Shown: positions 24,610 through 38,090 of the stretch, in pieces | How positions within the stretch are numbered: the first letter of the stretch is position 1 | Layout of the letters: each line of letters starts with the position of its first letter | Assembly (NCBI RefSeq): GCF_030028105.1 | Contig: NC_092393.1 | Span: forward strand, 29,923,248 to 29,987,247 | DNA: 64,000 bases | Source of the DNA: Mobula birostris | Taxonomy: Eukaryota | Direction: 5' to 3' | Program-made: the position numbers and the translations under genes | Notes under the pieces: generated by a model | The model's database searches: none | The model's input: only the letters and a program-made list of their open reading frames with translations | Told to the model about the DNA's origin: nothing

Positions 24610-26868
24610 CTGCTCTTACCATGAGCATTCACAAAGGGTTTATCACTATAATAGGGTTATTTTTGGAGTCGCGTATGCACCTGCACTCTGGCAGAAAGCT
24701 ATGAACCAGGTGCTGGAAGGCTGCCCAGGAACTCAGTGTTGTCAGGATGACAAGGAGTATCTCCAAAACATCAAGACAGTGCTAACGATATTAGAGGATT
24801 GTGAACTCAGAGTGTGATGCAACAAGTGTGGGTGACACTACTGATGCACAAGGATTGCATAAGTGTGCTGAGAAAATTCAAGCAGTGGCGGATGCCCCAA
24901 GGCCATGGTTGCAGTCTGTTTTAGGATTTGTCAGGTACTATAACAGGTTCCTGCCAAACCTGTCTACTGTGCTCCACCTTTTGATCTCATTACTACAGAT
25001 CGGGAAGGAATGGCAATGGACAAAGCAGTGTGAGGTGGCTTTCAAAAGGCAAAGGAAATAGTGGCATCAGACACTACACTCACACTTTATAATCCACATC
25101 ATCCAGCAAAACTTGCCTGTGACACTTTGCGCTATGGTATGGGTGCAGTTATGTCACATGTTATGAGTGATGGAAGTGAACTCCCCATAACCTTTGCATC
25201 ATGTTCCCTTACTGCTGTCAAGAAAAATTATGCACAGATTGACAAAGAGGCCTTGAGGTTCTTTTGGGTGTAAAACTTTTTAACCAGTAGCTGTATGGGC
25301 GAGAGTTTACCCTCATTACTGGTCATCAACATCTAGGCCCACGAGAGAAAGGCCTTGAAGTACCAACCCCTACTTCAGGAGTGTAAAGACAAGGGATGGC
25401 AGGCATGGTTGTTCCCTGTGGAGATCGTCTGCAGAGGTTTTCCAGCCAAATCAGCATGGCAGTTGTTGTCAGATCTGGGCATGGACGAAAGGATGGGGGA
25501 AGAGGCAGAACGAGCTTCTTGTTGGATTTGGAGTAGGTGAGAGGAAGGGAGTTGGAAGCCAGGAGCAGATGGGCAGTGAGTTGGCCAGCCCTGCCGGCCC
25601 ACCAACTGGAGAGTGTCGTGGTTAAGGGTCGAAACACTCGGTGAAGGTTTGGAACCATCTGATGACATCTGCTCCTGGCTGAAGGCTACGGTTACCTTAT
25701 AAGGTAACTGGAGAATGCACCCTAACAGGTGTATGTAACAACCAAGTGTCCATTTTCAATTCACAGAAGGGTGTTCCACTAATAGCAGCGCAAATGCAGT
25801 GATGGGCTCTGTTACTTGGAGGACACAAGATCGAACTCAAGAGGACAACTAATCATGGAAGTGCTGATTTATTGTCCCATTTGGCCCTGGAAAAGGAAAT
25901 ACCCGGAAAATTTACAAAAGTGGACACTCCCCTTGATGAAAATTGAAAATTTCCCTATTATGGCAAAGATGATCCAAAAGGAAACCAGAAAGAAAAAACT
26001 CCGAACTATCTCAGGTCTGCAGGGCCACTGAAAATGCTGGAATATAGAGCAGAAGCCCCATTTCCCCCATTTTTACCAGCACTGGGATGAACTTGCCCTT
26101 GATGGGGGTTGCCTTATTTGGGGATTGAGAGTTGTTAGAACCATTCAAACTGAGAGCTAAAGAGTTGGAGGAACTACATGCTGGTCTTCTAGGCGTAGTC
26201 AAGATGAAAGTATTGGCTCGAAGCTTTTTCTAGTGGCCTGAGATAGATCAGCAGATCAAGTGGCTTGCCGTGCATTGTTCGGGATGCCAACACATCCAGA
26301 AGAAAGGTATTCAGAACCACTTCTGGCAGTCCCAGAGACAACTCCTACAACCACCACAGAGGAGGCCCCAGAACCTGAGATTGTTTCACAGACATAAGTC
26401 TCATCCGTCAAGCAGGGCGATCCCCCTTGTCAGGAAAAATGTTATCCTACAAGAGTTAGAAATCCTCCACAGAAATTAAATCTTCAGGCCTGAATGGGAC
26501 AATTTAAAATTCACTATGCTGTCAATATCTATAGAGATAGTAGTTGTATTATATGGTATAATATACATAGATGACTAGAGAGCAATACACTACATATTTG
26601 AGTTGAGATGCATTCTATTTTGATTTGGAGTTTATAGTTAAGCAGGGAAGAGTGCAGTGTATTTAATATTTCAATAATATTTGAGTAATCTTGTAAATAT
26701 ATTATTTGATTAAGCAATCTTTGTTTACATAATTCATTACGGGTTATATATAAGTATATGAATGGCATTCATATATGAGAGCCTCACTAAAGAAAAACTA
26801 AGTAGACAAGTCATCCCGGGCTCCTGTGTTTTTCTCTTGATAAGTTTCCGTAGTTACAAAACATAACA
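24610..26868 (+). mobile_element. Gypsy LTR retrotransposon 3' part (RT, RNase H, integrase Zn finger, PPT, 3' LTR)
   Basis: HKGFITI/YNRVIFGVAYAPALWQKAMNQVL; LACDTLRYGMGAVMSH..NYAQIDKEAL; ELHAGLLGVVKMKVLARSFF.WP..CSGCQ; PPT aagcagggaagag; LTR TG..CA 26653-26868. Confidence 0.88.
25331..25740 (+). mobile_element. HERO-like (R2-group, RLE endonuclease) non-LTR 3' fragment inserted in the Gypsy
   Basis: KYQPLLQECKDKGWQAWLFPVEIVCRGF..AERASCWIW resembles the HERO C-terminus; Gypsy text resumes after 25740. Confidence 0.7.
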
Positions 26869-27204
26869 CCTGTCACGAAAATATATTTTTCCTCATGTTA
26901 CATTTAGTTCTTTTGTCGAAAGAAGTTTCAGTCTATGTTCCCTGATTTTTGGCCGTTCTGCCAATGAAAATAGTTTTTCATTAGAATAGTCTTGATGGTT
27001 TTAATGATCAGATTTCGTGGGGATTTTCTCTTCTCGGTGGAGAAAATGACCCTGCTCATTTAGTCCACCACAAAATGAACTCCTCCATTATAGGGATAAT
27101 TCTGTAAAATCCCTTCTTCACCCTCTCAAAATCGCTCGTATCTTTCCTGAACTGTGCTACCCAGTACTGAACATATTATTTCATTTGGTATTATTTTGTT
27201 GGTA

Positions 27205-28170
27205 CTGGTTTATTATTGTCACTTGTACCAGGATAAAGTGAAAAGCTAGTCCTGCATACTGTTCATATGGAATAAATCATTGCGCAGTGCATTGAGGAAG
27301 AACAAGTTAAAATGCAGAACAAAGTGTAAAAGTCAGAGAAGATGCAGTGCGGGTGAACAATAAAGTACGAGATCAGAACAAGCTAGATTATGAGGTCAGG
27401 TGTCCATTTTATCATACAAGAGTTCTGTTCGAGGATCTGATTACAGTGGGATAGGAGCTGTGCTTGAGCCTGGTGGTGGTATGTGCTTTCAGGCTTTTGT
27501 ATCTTCTGCTGATGGGAGAGAGGTAAAGAGAGAACATCCAGGCTGGGTGTGGTCTTTGATTATACTAGCTGCTTTACTGAGGCAATGAGAGGTATAGACA
27601 GAGTCAATAGAGGAGAGGTTGGTTTTTGCGACGTGCTGAGCCGTGTGCATAACTCTGTGCAGTTTCTTGCAGTCATGTGCAGAGCAGTTACTATATCAAT
27701 CTGTTATGTATCCAGATATGGTGCATCAATACAAATTGGTAAGAATTGACAGGAACATGCCAAATTTCTTTAGCCTCCTGAGGAAATAGAGGCTTTGGTA
27801 AAGTTTATTGGCCGTTACATCGATGTAGTTGAACCACAACAGGTTATGGGTTATATTCGCTCTTAGGAACTTCGTGGAGTAGATTCGATGGGCCGAATGG
27901 CCGACTTCTGCTCCTTTGTCTTATGGTCTTATGGAACTTAAAGCTCTTGACACTGTTGGTGTAGGGAGGAGCATGTGCACTTCCTCCTTCCTGAAGTCAA
28001 TGACCAGTTCTGTTGTTTTGTTAACTTTGAGGGAAAGGTTGCTCTCTATCCTCTTCCTGTACTCTAACTCATCATTATTTGATACAAGGCCCACTATCAT
28101 ATCATCTGCAAACTTATAGATGGAGGAGCTGAATCTAGCCACACAGTCTTGAGCACACAGGGAGTGGATT
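27205..28170 (-). mobile_element. Rex1/Babar-like LINE 3' fragment
   Basis: IYKFADDMIVGLVSNNDELEYRKRIE..NLSLKVNKTTELVIDFRK; tail ggtttattattgtcacttgtacc. Confidence 0.8.
27873..27932 (+). mobile_element. 60-bp CR1 3' tail insertion
   Basis: gatgggccgaatggcc..tgtcttatggtcttat flanked by 7-bp TSD GGAACTT (27866-72, 27933-39). Confidence 0.75.
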
Positions 28171-30247
28171 AGGGTTCATGCCCCTGTCAACTGATCTGGA
28201 CAGTATCTGAGCCTAATGCTTTCCGCAGGTTCACCCTTCGGAAAACTTACATATACTTAAAGACACATCCAGGACATCTTACGTTCAGGTGAATCTCGGG
28301 ATAGATGGTGACATACCCATTTCCTTCTGTTCAAAACATGCATAGAATGTTGTTGGCTATGCTGCCCGACTTCATTTTGTAACCTGTTACACTTTGTAAG
28401 TCCCAACATATCTGACGGCTGCACTAGGACTCAATTTTGGACTGGTACTGTCTCTTAGCTTCTCTGATAGCTTTGCAGAGGTAATTACCTTGACTCCTTG
28501 TAAAGGTTAGGGTCACCTGATTTGAATGCAGCAGACCAACACTTCAGAGAAGAGTGATCTCCCAGTTCGTTGGAGTGGAACTTGTATTTTATTAAAGTTC
28601 ATCTTAACTTTTTGCTATTGCTCTACCTCTCATAAGCCCAGGATTGTGTATGCTTTATTAATCACTTTCATGTCTTTTTCAATGAACTTGTATCCATGTT
28701 AGAATTACGCGCTCTTGACTATACTGCCATTATTTCCAACCAACAATGCATTAATTCACATTTTGCAGCACTACCAACCAACATTAACATCAGGGAAAAG
28801 CCTGAAATCCATAAGGGTGAAGTAACAGAACCCTCTGAAATGAGTAATAGGATTGAGCAAAGTCAACATAGATTTAAGAATATAATGTACGACCAATATG
28901 CTGGAATTCTTTGAGCATGTGACTTGTAGAAAAGACAAGGATGAAGCAATAAATATTGTGCACTTGGAAGTTGCTTGACTGTGAGAGTAAATAGGGTTAG
29001 GAGGAAGGAAGGTTACCAGGTTGGACTTCTGAGATTAGTGCTTGGGCTCCAGTTTTTCACTGAAGGAGGCAATTCCAAGCTTGTTGGAGGTACAAAACTG
29101 GGTGTATTTGAGAATAAGGAGGAAGATGTAAAGAGACTTTGAACGGTTATGAGAAATAGGAGTGAGTGGTAGACAATACAACAGATGGATTACAATGAGG
29201 AACAATATGTAGTTGTCTACTTTGTAAGACAATTGTATTTCTCAAATAGTATGAGGCAGGATTGAGTAGATAGGTCTCTACACTGAGTGATCATTAACAA
29301 ACAGGTGTACCTAATAGAGTGGTCACTGAGTGTACTTTCAGAGCTGAGAAGGGATCTCCTGAAACATTCTTGAATAGTTTGCTGTGCCAAATGCAGGGAA
29401 GGTTCCTCCTGCCCCACCACTAGGTGATAAGTCTAGGACTAGGAGGCACAATTTCAGATTGTATAGGATGGAAAACCTTTGGAATTTTATACCTGAGATG
29501 GTTGCGTAGTATCAGTTGATATATAGTTTGGATGAATACAACAACAGATTTCAGGACGTTAATGCTGAAAATGTCACTGGGGTTGAAGATCAGCCACGGC
29601 AGAGCAGTGAAGATGGCTCAGTATCCGGATGGCTTCTGTTCCTGATGTACTGTAGGGTCAGTTACTTATCCAGCTGCACATTCATCCTGCCTGTCTACCA
29701 AGTCCAGGGGAACCCCAGCGCGTTCTCCCCTCCAGTCCAAGATACAAATTTTAATTTATACAGTTCCATATATTTCATAGACTTCAACCTCTTAAAAAAC
29801 TTATCAGATGGCACTTCATTAAATGCCCTCTCATCAACCCTTTCTATTTCTTCAAAACATGTTATCAGTTAGTGCAGCATGATTTGCCTTTAATAAACAA
29901 ACCTGTGCTGGTATTTTCTAGAAATCAAAGTGATTTCAAATGCTATTCTTGAAGATTATTTTAGAATTTCCCTCACTACTCTTGAATTGGGGTGTAGAAT
30001 TATTATTTTCTTGTAGTTTAACTTTCCTGCACTTGCTTGTATTTTTATATAATCACCTATACATGTAATTACTGTACTCAGTGAATCTTCCAATAATGCA
30101 GTATAGTTGCTTCCGTATTTTTTCAGATATCACTTCTTAGCTTTCAGTAGCAAATATCACACAACTTGAATGTGGCTATTTCATGGGTTGTTGTTAATGG
30201 AATTTTGTTATTCCTAATCTGAGTATGAGAAGACAACAACTATATTT

Positions 30248-33200
30248 TAGAACATTAAACATAGCACAGTACAGGCCCTTCGGCCCACAGTGTTGTGCCG
30301 ACGCTCAAACCCTGCCTCCCATATAAGCCCCCAACTTAAATTCCTCCATATACCTGTCTAGTAGTCTCTTAAACTTCACTAGTGTATCTGCCTCCACCAC
30401 TGACTAAGGCAGTGTATTCCACACACCAATCACTCTCTGAGTAAAAAACCTTCCTCTAATATCCCCCTTGAACTTCCCACCCCTTACCTTAAAGCCATGT
30501 CCTCTTGTATTGAGCAGTGGTGCCTTGGGGAAGAGGCGCTGGCTATCCACTCTATCTATTCCTCTTATTATCTTGTACACCTCTATCATGTCTGCTCTCA
30601 TCCTCCTTCTCTCCAAAGAGTAAAGCCCTAGTTCCCTTAATCTCTGATCATAATGCATGCTCTCTAAACTAGGCAGCATCCTGGTAAATCTCCTCTGTAC
30701 CCTTTCCAATGCTTCCACATCCCTCCTATAGTGAGGTGACCAGAACTGGACACAGTACTCCAAGTGTGGCCTAACCAGATTTTTATACAGCTGCATCATT
30801 ACATCGCGACTCTTAAACTCTATCCCTCGACTTATGAAAGCTAACACCCCATAAGTTTTCTTAACTACCCTACCCACCTGTGAGGCAAATTTCAGGGATC
30901 TGTGGACATGTACCCCGAGATCCCTCTGCTCCTCCACACTACCAAGTATCCTGCCATTTACTTTGTACTCTGCCGTGGAGTTTGTCCTTCCAAAGTGTAC
31001 CACCCGACACTTCTCTGCGTTGAACTCCATCTGCCACTTCTCAGCCCACTCCTGCATCCTATCAATGTCTCTCTGCAATCTTTGACAATCCTCTACACTA
31101 TCTACAACACCACCAACCTTTGTGTTGTCTGCAAACTTGCCAACCCACCCTTCTACCCCCACATCCAGGTCATTAATAAAAATCACAAAAAGTAGAGGTC
31201 CCAGAACAGATCCTTGTGGGACACCACTAGTCACAATCCTCCAATCTGAATGTACTCCCTCCACCACCACCCTCTGCCTTCTGCAGGCAAGCCAATTCTG
31301 AATCCACCAGGCCAAACTTCCCTGGATCCCATGCCTTCTAACTTTCTGAATAAGCCGACCATGTGGAACCTTGTCAAATGCCTTACTAAAATCCAGATAG
31401 ATCACATCCACTGCACTACCCTCATCTATATGCCTGGTCACCTCCTCAAAGAACTCTATCAGGCTTGTTAGACACGATCTGCCCTTCACAAAGCTATGCT
31501 GACTGTCCCTGATCAGACCATGATTCTCTAAATGCCCAGAGATCCTATCTCTAAAAATCTTTTTCAACAGCTTTCCCACCACAGATGTAAGGCTCACTGG
31601 CCTATAATTACCCGGACTATCCCTACTACCTTTTTTGAACAAGGGGACAACATTCGCCTCCCTCCAATCCTCCGGTACCATTCCTGTGGTCAACGAGGAC
31701 ATAAACATCCTAGCCAGCGGCTTAGCAATCTCTTCTCTCACCTCGTGGAGCAGCCTGGGGAATATTCTGTCAGGCCCCAGGGACTTATCTGTCCTAATGT
31801 ATTTTAACAACTCCAACACTTCCTCTCCCTTAATATCAATATGCTCCAGAACATCAACCTCACTCATATTGTCCTCACCATCATCAGGTTCCCTCTCATT
31901 GGTGAATACCGAAGAGAAGTATTTATTGAGGACCTCGCTCACTTCCACAGCTTCCAGGCACATCTTCCCACCTTTATCTCTAATCGGTCCTACCTTCACT
32001 CCTGTCATCCTTCTTTTCTTCACATAATTGAAGAATGCCTTGGGGTTTTCCTTTACCCTACTCGCCAAGGCCTTCTCATGCCCCCCTTCTTGCTCTTCTC
32101 AGCCCCTTCTTAAGTTCCTTTCTTGCTTCCCTATATTCCTCAATAGACCCATCTGATCCTTGCTTCCTAAACCTCATGTATGCTGCCTTCTTCCACCTGA
32201 CTAGATTTTTCACCTCACTTGTCACCCATGGTTCCTTCACCCTACCATTCTTTATCTTCCTCACCAGGACAAATTTCTCCCTTACATCCCACAAGAGATC
32301 TCTAAACATCAACCACATGTCCATAGTACATTTCCCTGCAAAAACATCATCCCAATTCACACCTGCAAGTTCTAGCCTTATAGCCTCATAATTTGCCTTT
32401 CCCCGAATAAAAAATTTCCTGTCCTCTCTGATTCTATCCTTTTCCATGATAATGCTAAAGGCCAGGGAGCAGTGGTCACTGTCCCCCAGATGCTCACCCA
32501 CTGAGACATCTGTGACCTGACCCAGTTCATTACCTAGTACTAGATCTAGTATGGCATTCCCCCTGGTCGGCCTGTCCACATACTGTGACAGGAATCCATC
32601 CTGGACACACTTAACATTCTGCCCCATCTAAACCCCTGGAATTAATCAGGTGCCAATCAATATTAGGGAAGTTAAAGTCACCCCTGATAACAACCCTGTT
32701 ATTTTTGCACCTTTCCAAAATCTGCTCCTCTGTATCTCTGCTGCTACCAGGGGGCCTATGGAATACCCCCAGTAGAGTAATTGCTCCCTTCCTGTTCCTG
32801 ACTTCCACCCATATTGACTCAAAGGAGGATCCTGCTACATTACCCACCCTTTCTGTAGCTGTAATAGTATTCCTGACCAGTAATGCCACCCCTCCTCCCC
32901 TTTTTCCACCCTCTTTATCCCTTTTAAAGCACTGACATCCAGGAATATTGAGAATCCATTCCTGCCCTGGTGCCAGCCAAGTCTCTGTAATGGCCAGTAC
33001 ATCATAATTCCATGTATGTATCCAAGCTCTCAGTCATCACCTTTGTCCCTGATGCTTCTTGCATTGTGGTACACATATTTCAGCCCTTCTACCTTACTGT
33101 CTTTACACCATTTATTCTGCTTCTCTTTCCTGAAAGCCTCTCTGTATGTTAGATCTGGCTTTACTCCATGCACTTCTTTCACTGCTCTATTGCTCTGGGT

Positions 33201-33445
33201 CCCATTCCCCTCACAAATTAGTTTAAACCTTCCCGAACCATGCTAGCAAACCTACCTGCAAGGATATTGCTCCCCCTTGAGTTCAGGTGCAACCCATCCA
33301 ATCTGTATAGGTCCCACCTTACCCAGAAGAGATCCCAATGATCTAAAAATCTAAAACCCTGCTCCCTGCACCAACTCCTCAGCCACACATTCAACTGCCA
33401 TCTCCTCCAATTCTTACTATCACTGTCACGTAGCACTGGCAGCAT
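30248..33445 (-). mobile_element. Young 5'-truncated CR1 LINE (end of ORF1 esterase, frameshifted APE, open RT)
   Basis: 33218-33445 LYRLDGLHLNSRG (SGNH-like); 32611-32889 GDFNFPNIDW; 32076-32627 LGDSDH; 30404-32068 RT with YLDFSKAFDKVPH, GVPQGSVLGPLLF, KFADN. Confidence 0.95.
30404..32068 (-). pseudogene. CR1 ORF2 reverse-transcriptase portion, 554 aa, open but probably inactive
   Basis: Catalytic FADD reads FADN; separated from the APE domain by frameshifts. Confidence 0.85.
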
Positions 33446-35475
33446 TGTAGGCTGGTGATTCTTTTGTTCTCTTGATGGTGCTTCTTGTTCTTTGTTCTTG
33501 GAACATTTGATAAAATAGGCATAAGCAAAAATACCTTATTCTTGACTTCTGAAGAACCTATGGATCACAAAAAGTTTGGTTTCTAATTACCAGTTTTATC
33601 TCTATCCCATTTTTGATCAAGGAAGGTACACTTGCAATTTTCTAGTTCTGTTCCACCATCCCTGGACCTCTGCACTTGCCTTCCCCACTTTCCACAGTAA
33701 CCTAGGATGCAGCCCATTTAGATCAGCTTATTCATTCACTTTAAATGCAGCTTGCCTTTCTGGCATCTCTTCAGCATCAATTTTCAGCCAAACAGAATAG
33801 CAGTTCTGTCGTACTATGCTGAGAATCCAGGAGCATCTTCTTTCTTGATGAAGATTGAGGGAAATAACTCAAGGAGTCTCAGCCATATCCAGCAACACTT
33901 TTAAATAAGTTTCAGTTTTGGTCTCTGATTGTCCCCATCTTTCTCACTTACAATCGTTCTCTGATCACATGCCCATTGAATACATCAGAATCCCTGCCTA
34001 CTTTTCAAACAACTGTTCCTGGTATTTCCCCTCTGTGTTTTCACATCCAGGGAACCGCTACGAACTTTATTTTCCTGTTATATTTGCTACACCAGATACT
34101 TTCACTTAGCAGGCTGCTTTTCCTTGGTACCTGCTCACCAGAAAGCTATTAGCTTTGTTCTTTTTAAAGTCATCAAATCTGCTTCCCATTCTGCCTTAAC
34201 TCACTGAGACTCAAATTCAAACTCATCAGAAGCTTCCTCACCTCCACCCTTGGCCTGCTCTTCTTTTGAATCTATGACTCTGTTTCCCATATTGATTGCT
34301 CTCAACAGGGCTGAGGTTTTATTTTGTACACTGCTTCCACTCAACAGGACTCAGCTTCCCATGCTCCTTTTAATCTCATTGGAATTCTATAACAATCTCC
34401 TTTTACACAAGGGCTGTTTCTTCTTTTTTGACACTCCTTTGAAATCCTGTGAGAAATTGTTTTCAATGTTATATTTACCCTCACCAATAAATTAAGTAGC
34501 TAAAAAGTGTAAAAGCACACCTGCAATGGTAGTCTGTTAATTTTCTTTTTCTCAGCCCAGACATTATGGTCTCCTGGCTCCAAAAAAAAAAAGAGAAGTT
34601 TTGTGCTGTAAAGTCATTGACATCAGTAATAATGACCCTCATAGAACAACATTATTAAGCTTTACTTATTAAGCTTGAGTTGTATGTTGAGAACACTGAT
34701 CCAATATATCTCCCCAAAAAAAATTACATTGAATCAGAGAAAATGCACAAGATATATAATGACCATTGGGCATCAGGATTCATGGGGCGAAGAAAAAGAC
34801 TGGAATGTATTTTTTTCAATTTGTGCTGCTTTATGCCAGAATATTTGATGAATATTAATTTTGCTACTTCCTTTTAAGCAATTACAGATAAAACAAACTA
34901 ATTTTCACATTAAAGCAACACATGCACAAAACTGCTGTTGAGTTTACAGAATTTTGTTCAGATTTTATACAGATAAAGCTCAGACTGTGTGAATCCATTT
35001 CTTAACATTAGCACTTACAAATTTCTCATGTACAATCTCAAGTATAGAAAGGTTTATTACAAAGTCAAAATGTTGTACAATTATTATTCATCCATGAGTT
35101 ATACAGAATAAGATACCATTTTAGAATCATCTCTGGGCATCTGTTGTGGGAGTTCAAAATAATTGCCTTTTCTTGGTTCTAAATGGGTTTTGTGACTTAA
35201 AGTTTGCATTCTTGCCTCAATGATAAAGTAGGTATGTTCTTTACATTTGCAAAAGAATAAAATATTAAAGGTAGTTATTATATAAATTAATGACAAACAT
35301 TAAGCTGCAAGGATGTGCAATTTTATAACACCAACAAATATGTTGCTCCCATATTCTTCCATGTTAATTTTGTATTGATAGATTGATATGGGAATAGTGT
35401 ATATTGAGTAGAATACTTATTTCGCTCAATAATTTGGAGGCAATGAAACAACTTACACAATACTGGGCAGAGCTA

Positions 35476-36300
35476 TAATGGCACCAGAAGTCAGCTTCTT
35501 CAAGCTCATCTACAAAAGGTTTAATTTCTTTCTTTTTAATGTCTTTCTTCCCCCCCTTTCAAAATGGATGGGGTCCTGTCAGAGTCCTCCATCTATAGCT
35601 GCACTCAAACTGCGGTTCTTTATGGCAATGATTCCCATTCTCGGGGTTCACCGACCAGCTGTTTTTCCAATATGGCAAGGACGTAGCCTGGAAGGCGTGT
35701 GCATGTTCGAGGTTCTGAGGCTCTGTACTCTATATGGATGAGCCTATTCCATTCTTGCGTCGCCAACTGAAGCGTCGTAGCAGAAAACAGAACATCGCAA
35801 GCAATGGGTCAGCTGTCGGAAGCTTCTGTACTCGGATTGCTGTCGCTGGTAGGGAAGAGTTTGCTGCCGATAGAGTAGCAGAACTCAGGAAAAAAGTGGC
35901 GTGGCAGACTATAACGTCGCAATCAGCAAGTTGTTTTTTTGTTTTGTTAGTCTCCCCAACAAAGAAAGGTGTCGCTGCATGACATCTCTCTGTCCCTTTA
36001 TTAGGGAGAGAAAGAGCCTGTCACATGTCGAATTGTCCGGTGAATGAGTAAGTTTTTGTTGTACTGCAGATGATGGTCTCTTTGGGAGGGGGGGCTTTGC
36101 TATTGCTTGCTTAGTGGGTAGTGGGTGCTGATGCTTTTTGCTGAAATAAGTGGGGTGTCAGGAGGGTTGATGCTTTGCTGCTGCTTGTGCATGGGAGGGA
36201 AAGAAGTGGGGCTTGGAGTTCTAATGTTTCTGCAAAGAGCATGAATTTCAGGTTGTACAATGTATACATTCGCTGATATTAAATGGAAACATTTGAACCA
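35476..36300 (+). mobile_element. Non-autonomous repeat with Rex-like tail
   Basis: GC-richer block in AT-rich context; 3' end shared with 21371-21897. Confidence 0.55.
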
Positions 36301-37172
36301 ATATGTTCAAAACCTGCAGGTATGAAAGTAAGACCAAACTATTTTTGAGGCCACTAAGTGTTTGCACTCAGAACACGTTACAAAGCAACTGATGAACTTG
36401 ACAGTTACAAAACTTTTTTAACTGAGTCAGCAGTTAATTGCCAGCAGCGCAACTACTGAATTTCAGAAGTGCACCTTTAAAATTAACAGATAATACCGAT
36501 TTAAGAACTCACAGGACTCAAGTTCAAACCTAGAGGAACAGGATCAAAAAAATCTAACTTAAACTTCCACTAACTAATCCACCCAGAATTGCAGCAAAGC
36601 ATTCCGTGGACTTAACATTGAATCAAGAGGTAGTCTTGTGGGTTCTCAATGTGAAGTGCTGTGTGTGTGCAAAGACAGATCTGAAAAGCACCAATGACTG
36701 TAAATGACAAGCAGTTCCATTCATGATTTCAAGGTTAAATATAGATTTAGCTCAATAACAATTTCCCTTCCACGCCTTGAAAGTATTACAAGAACAGAAT
36801 AGACCAGCACTTTCTAGAATTGAACTGTATTTGAGGAATTCTTCTTCTATCAATGAAGGTCTGCATTTCTCCATCTGAGATAACTTCTGACTTAATTATG
36901 ACCTTGTTTACACAATATATTAATTTGAAAGCAAGCATGAACAATAGAAACATTCAAGTGGCTTGTGTTTTCCACATCTCCTCAGATTTATCTGAAGGGC
37001 TGGATAATTACATTATTCAAGTCTATATTTCTTGCAGTGACAATGTCATGGTATAAAACGTCACTGACCGATGGTTTGTCAGCCAAATTGCACCTTTGAC
37101 AGACACTGCCAATGTTCCTTCGAGAAATTCAGAACTGGGGTTCCAAAACTTGGCTCTCCAGCACCAGCAGAC

Positions 37173-37414
37173 CTACCATTTGATGTCCACACTAGTCAGT
37201 GCCTCACTTAATACATGGTACTGTCTGTGCAGGACTTCATGAACTTTGGTGGAATTTCTTCCCTCCAACCATTCTTGGTAAAGCATTTGTACATGCAGAT
37301 CAGTTTCTGGCAAGTGAACTGGTAGACTGCTGTACACATCCTCCATTTGATGAAGCAAATCCTTGTCCATTTTTCTACTTTCAGTCATGGCTTGACCTTT
37401 TCCATTGAGGCATC
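37173..37414 (-). CDS. NARF: NARF coding exon 11 (last), 242 nt including TAG
   Basis: ttgacag|(G)CLNGKGQAMTESRKMDKDLLHQMEDVY..LYQEWLEGRNSTKVHEVLH..SVDIKW*. Confidence 0.97.
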
Positions 37415-38090
37415 CTGTCAAACCAATAAAAGAAATAAGAAATCAATGAAAAAATGTTTTTATTTTGAAAATTGTTAAAGACAAAACCAATAACCAAGCT
37501 GCATGTTACAATCTAATTAGCAATTTTTCCCTCAGTCTCAGTGTACCTACTGAAGATGAGCCAAGATGTACCAAGTCTCTGTTCAAAAGGAAGAAAGATT
37601 TGTGACTGTTACTAAATGGACATTTATTGTATTATATGTATTATACTGAAGTGTGAGATTTTTACCTTTTCATAACTCTACATTCTAAGCAAAATTGATT
37701 TCTTTTCTAAGTCACCCAAAAGCTGCAAATCATTGCATTTGGAATTAAGTAGCCAATCCTAATTGTTCATCAACGTTACCTAGTGTAAATGCGATAGCAA
37801 GTTTAATTGTTAGAACTATGTTGAAGAGATGCTTTCAATGAGACTTAAATGGCTGATCCAATATATGCTTGCCTATCAGTGCTACTCCAATTACAAACCG
37901 TTTGTATTTCTCTAAACTATTCTTTGATGTGCCCAAATGATGTGTTACAGCTTTATTTTATTGACTAATGGATTGCATAAACTTAGTAAAAGCTCTTTTT
38001 GATCTGCATTTTTTTGAAAGCTGCACTAAAGTTACAAGTCATAAACAAATTTCATACGAGAACACTACATTACATAATGATTACACTGAA

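Noticed and set aside
25620-25670. GAAAC...CTGATGA as a type II hammerhead
   Set aside because: Helix III/NUH and helix I could not be formed in the required register; kept only as a structured UTR.
7615-26868. Gypsy 5' part (minus) and 3' part (plus) as a single element split by an inversion around CFAP52 exons 1-2
   Set aside because: The two LTRs are visibly diverged and the outer flanks do not match (catga versus cctgt); independent insertions are more likely.
35053-35058. Minus-strand AATAAA as the NARF poly(A) signal (~2.1-kb 3' UTR)
   Set aside because: Plausible, but the hexamer is common in AT-rich DNA and cannot be supported without transcript data.
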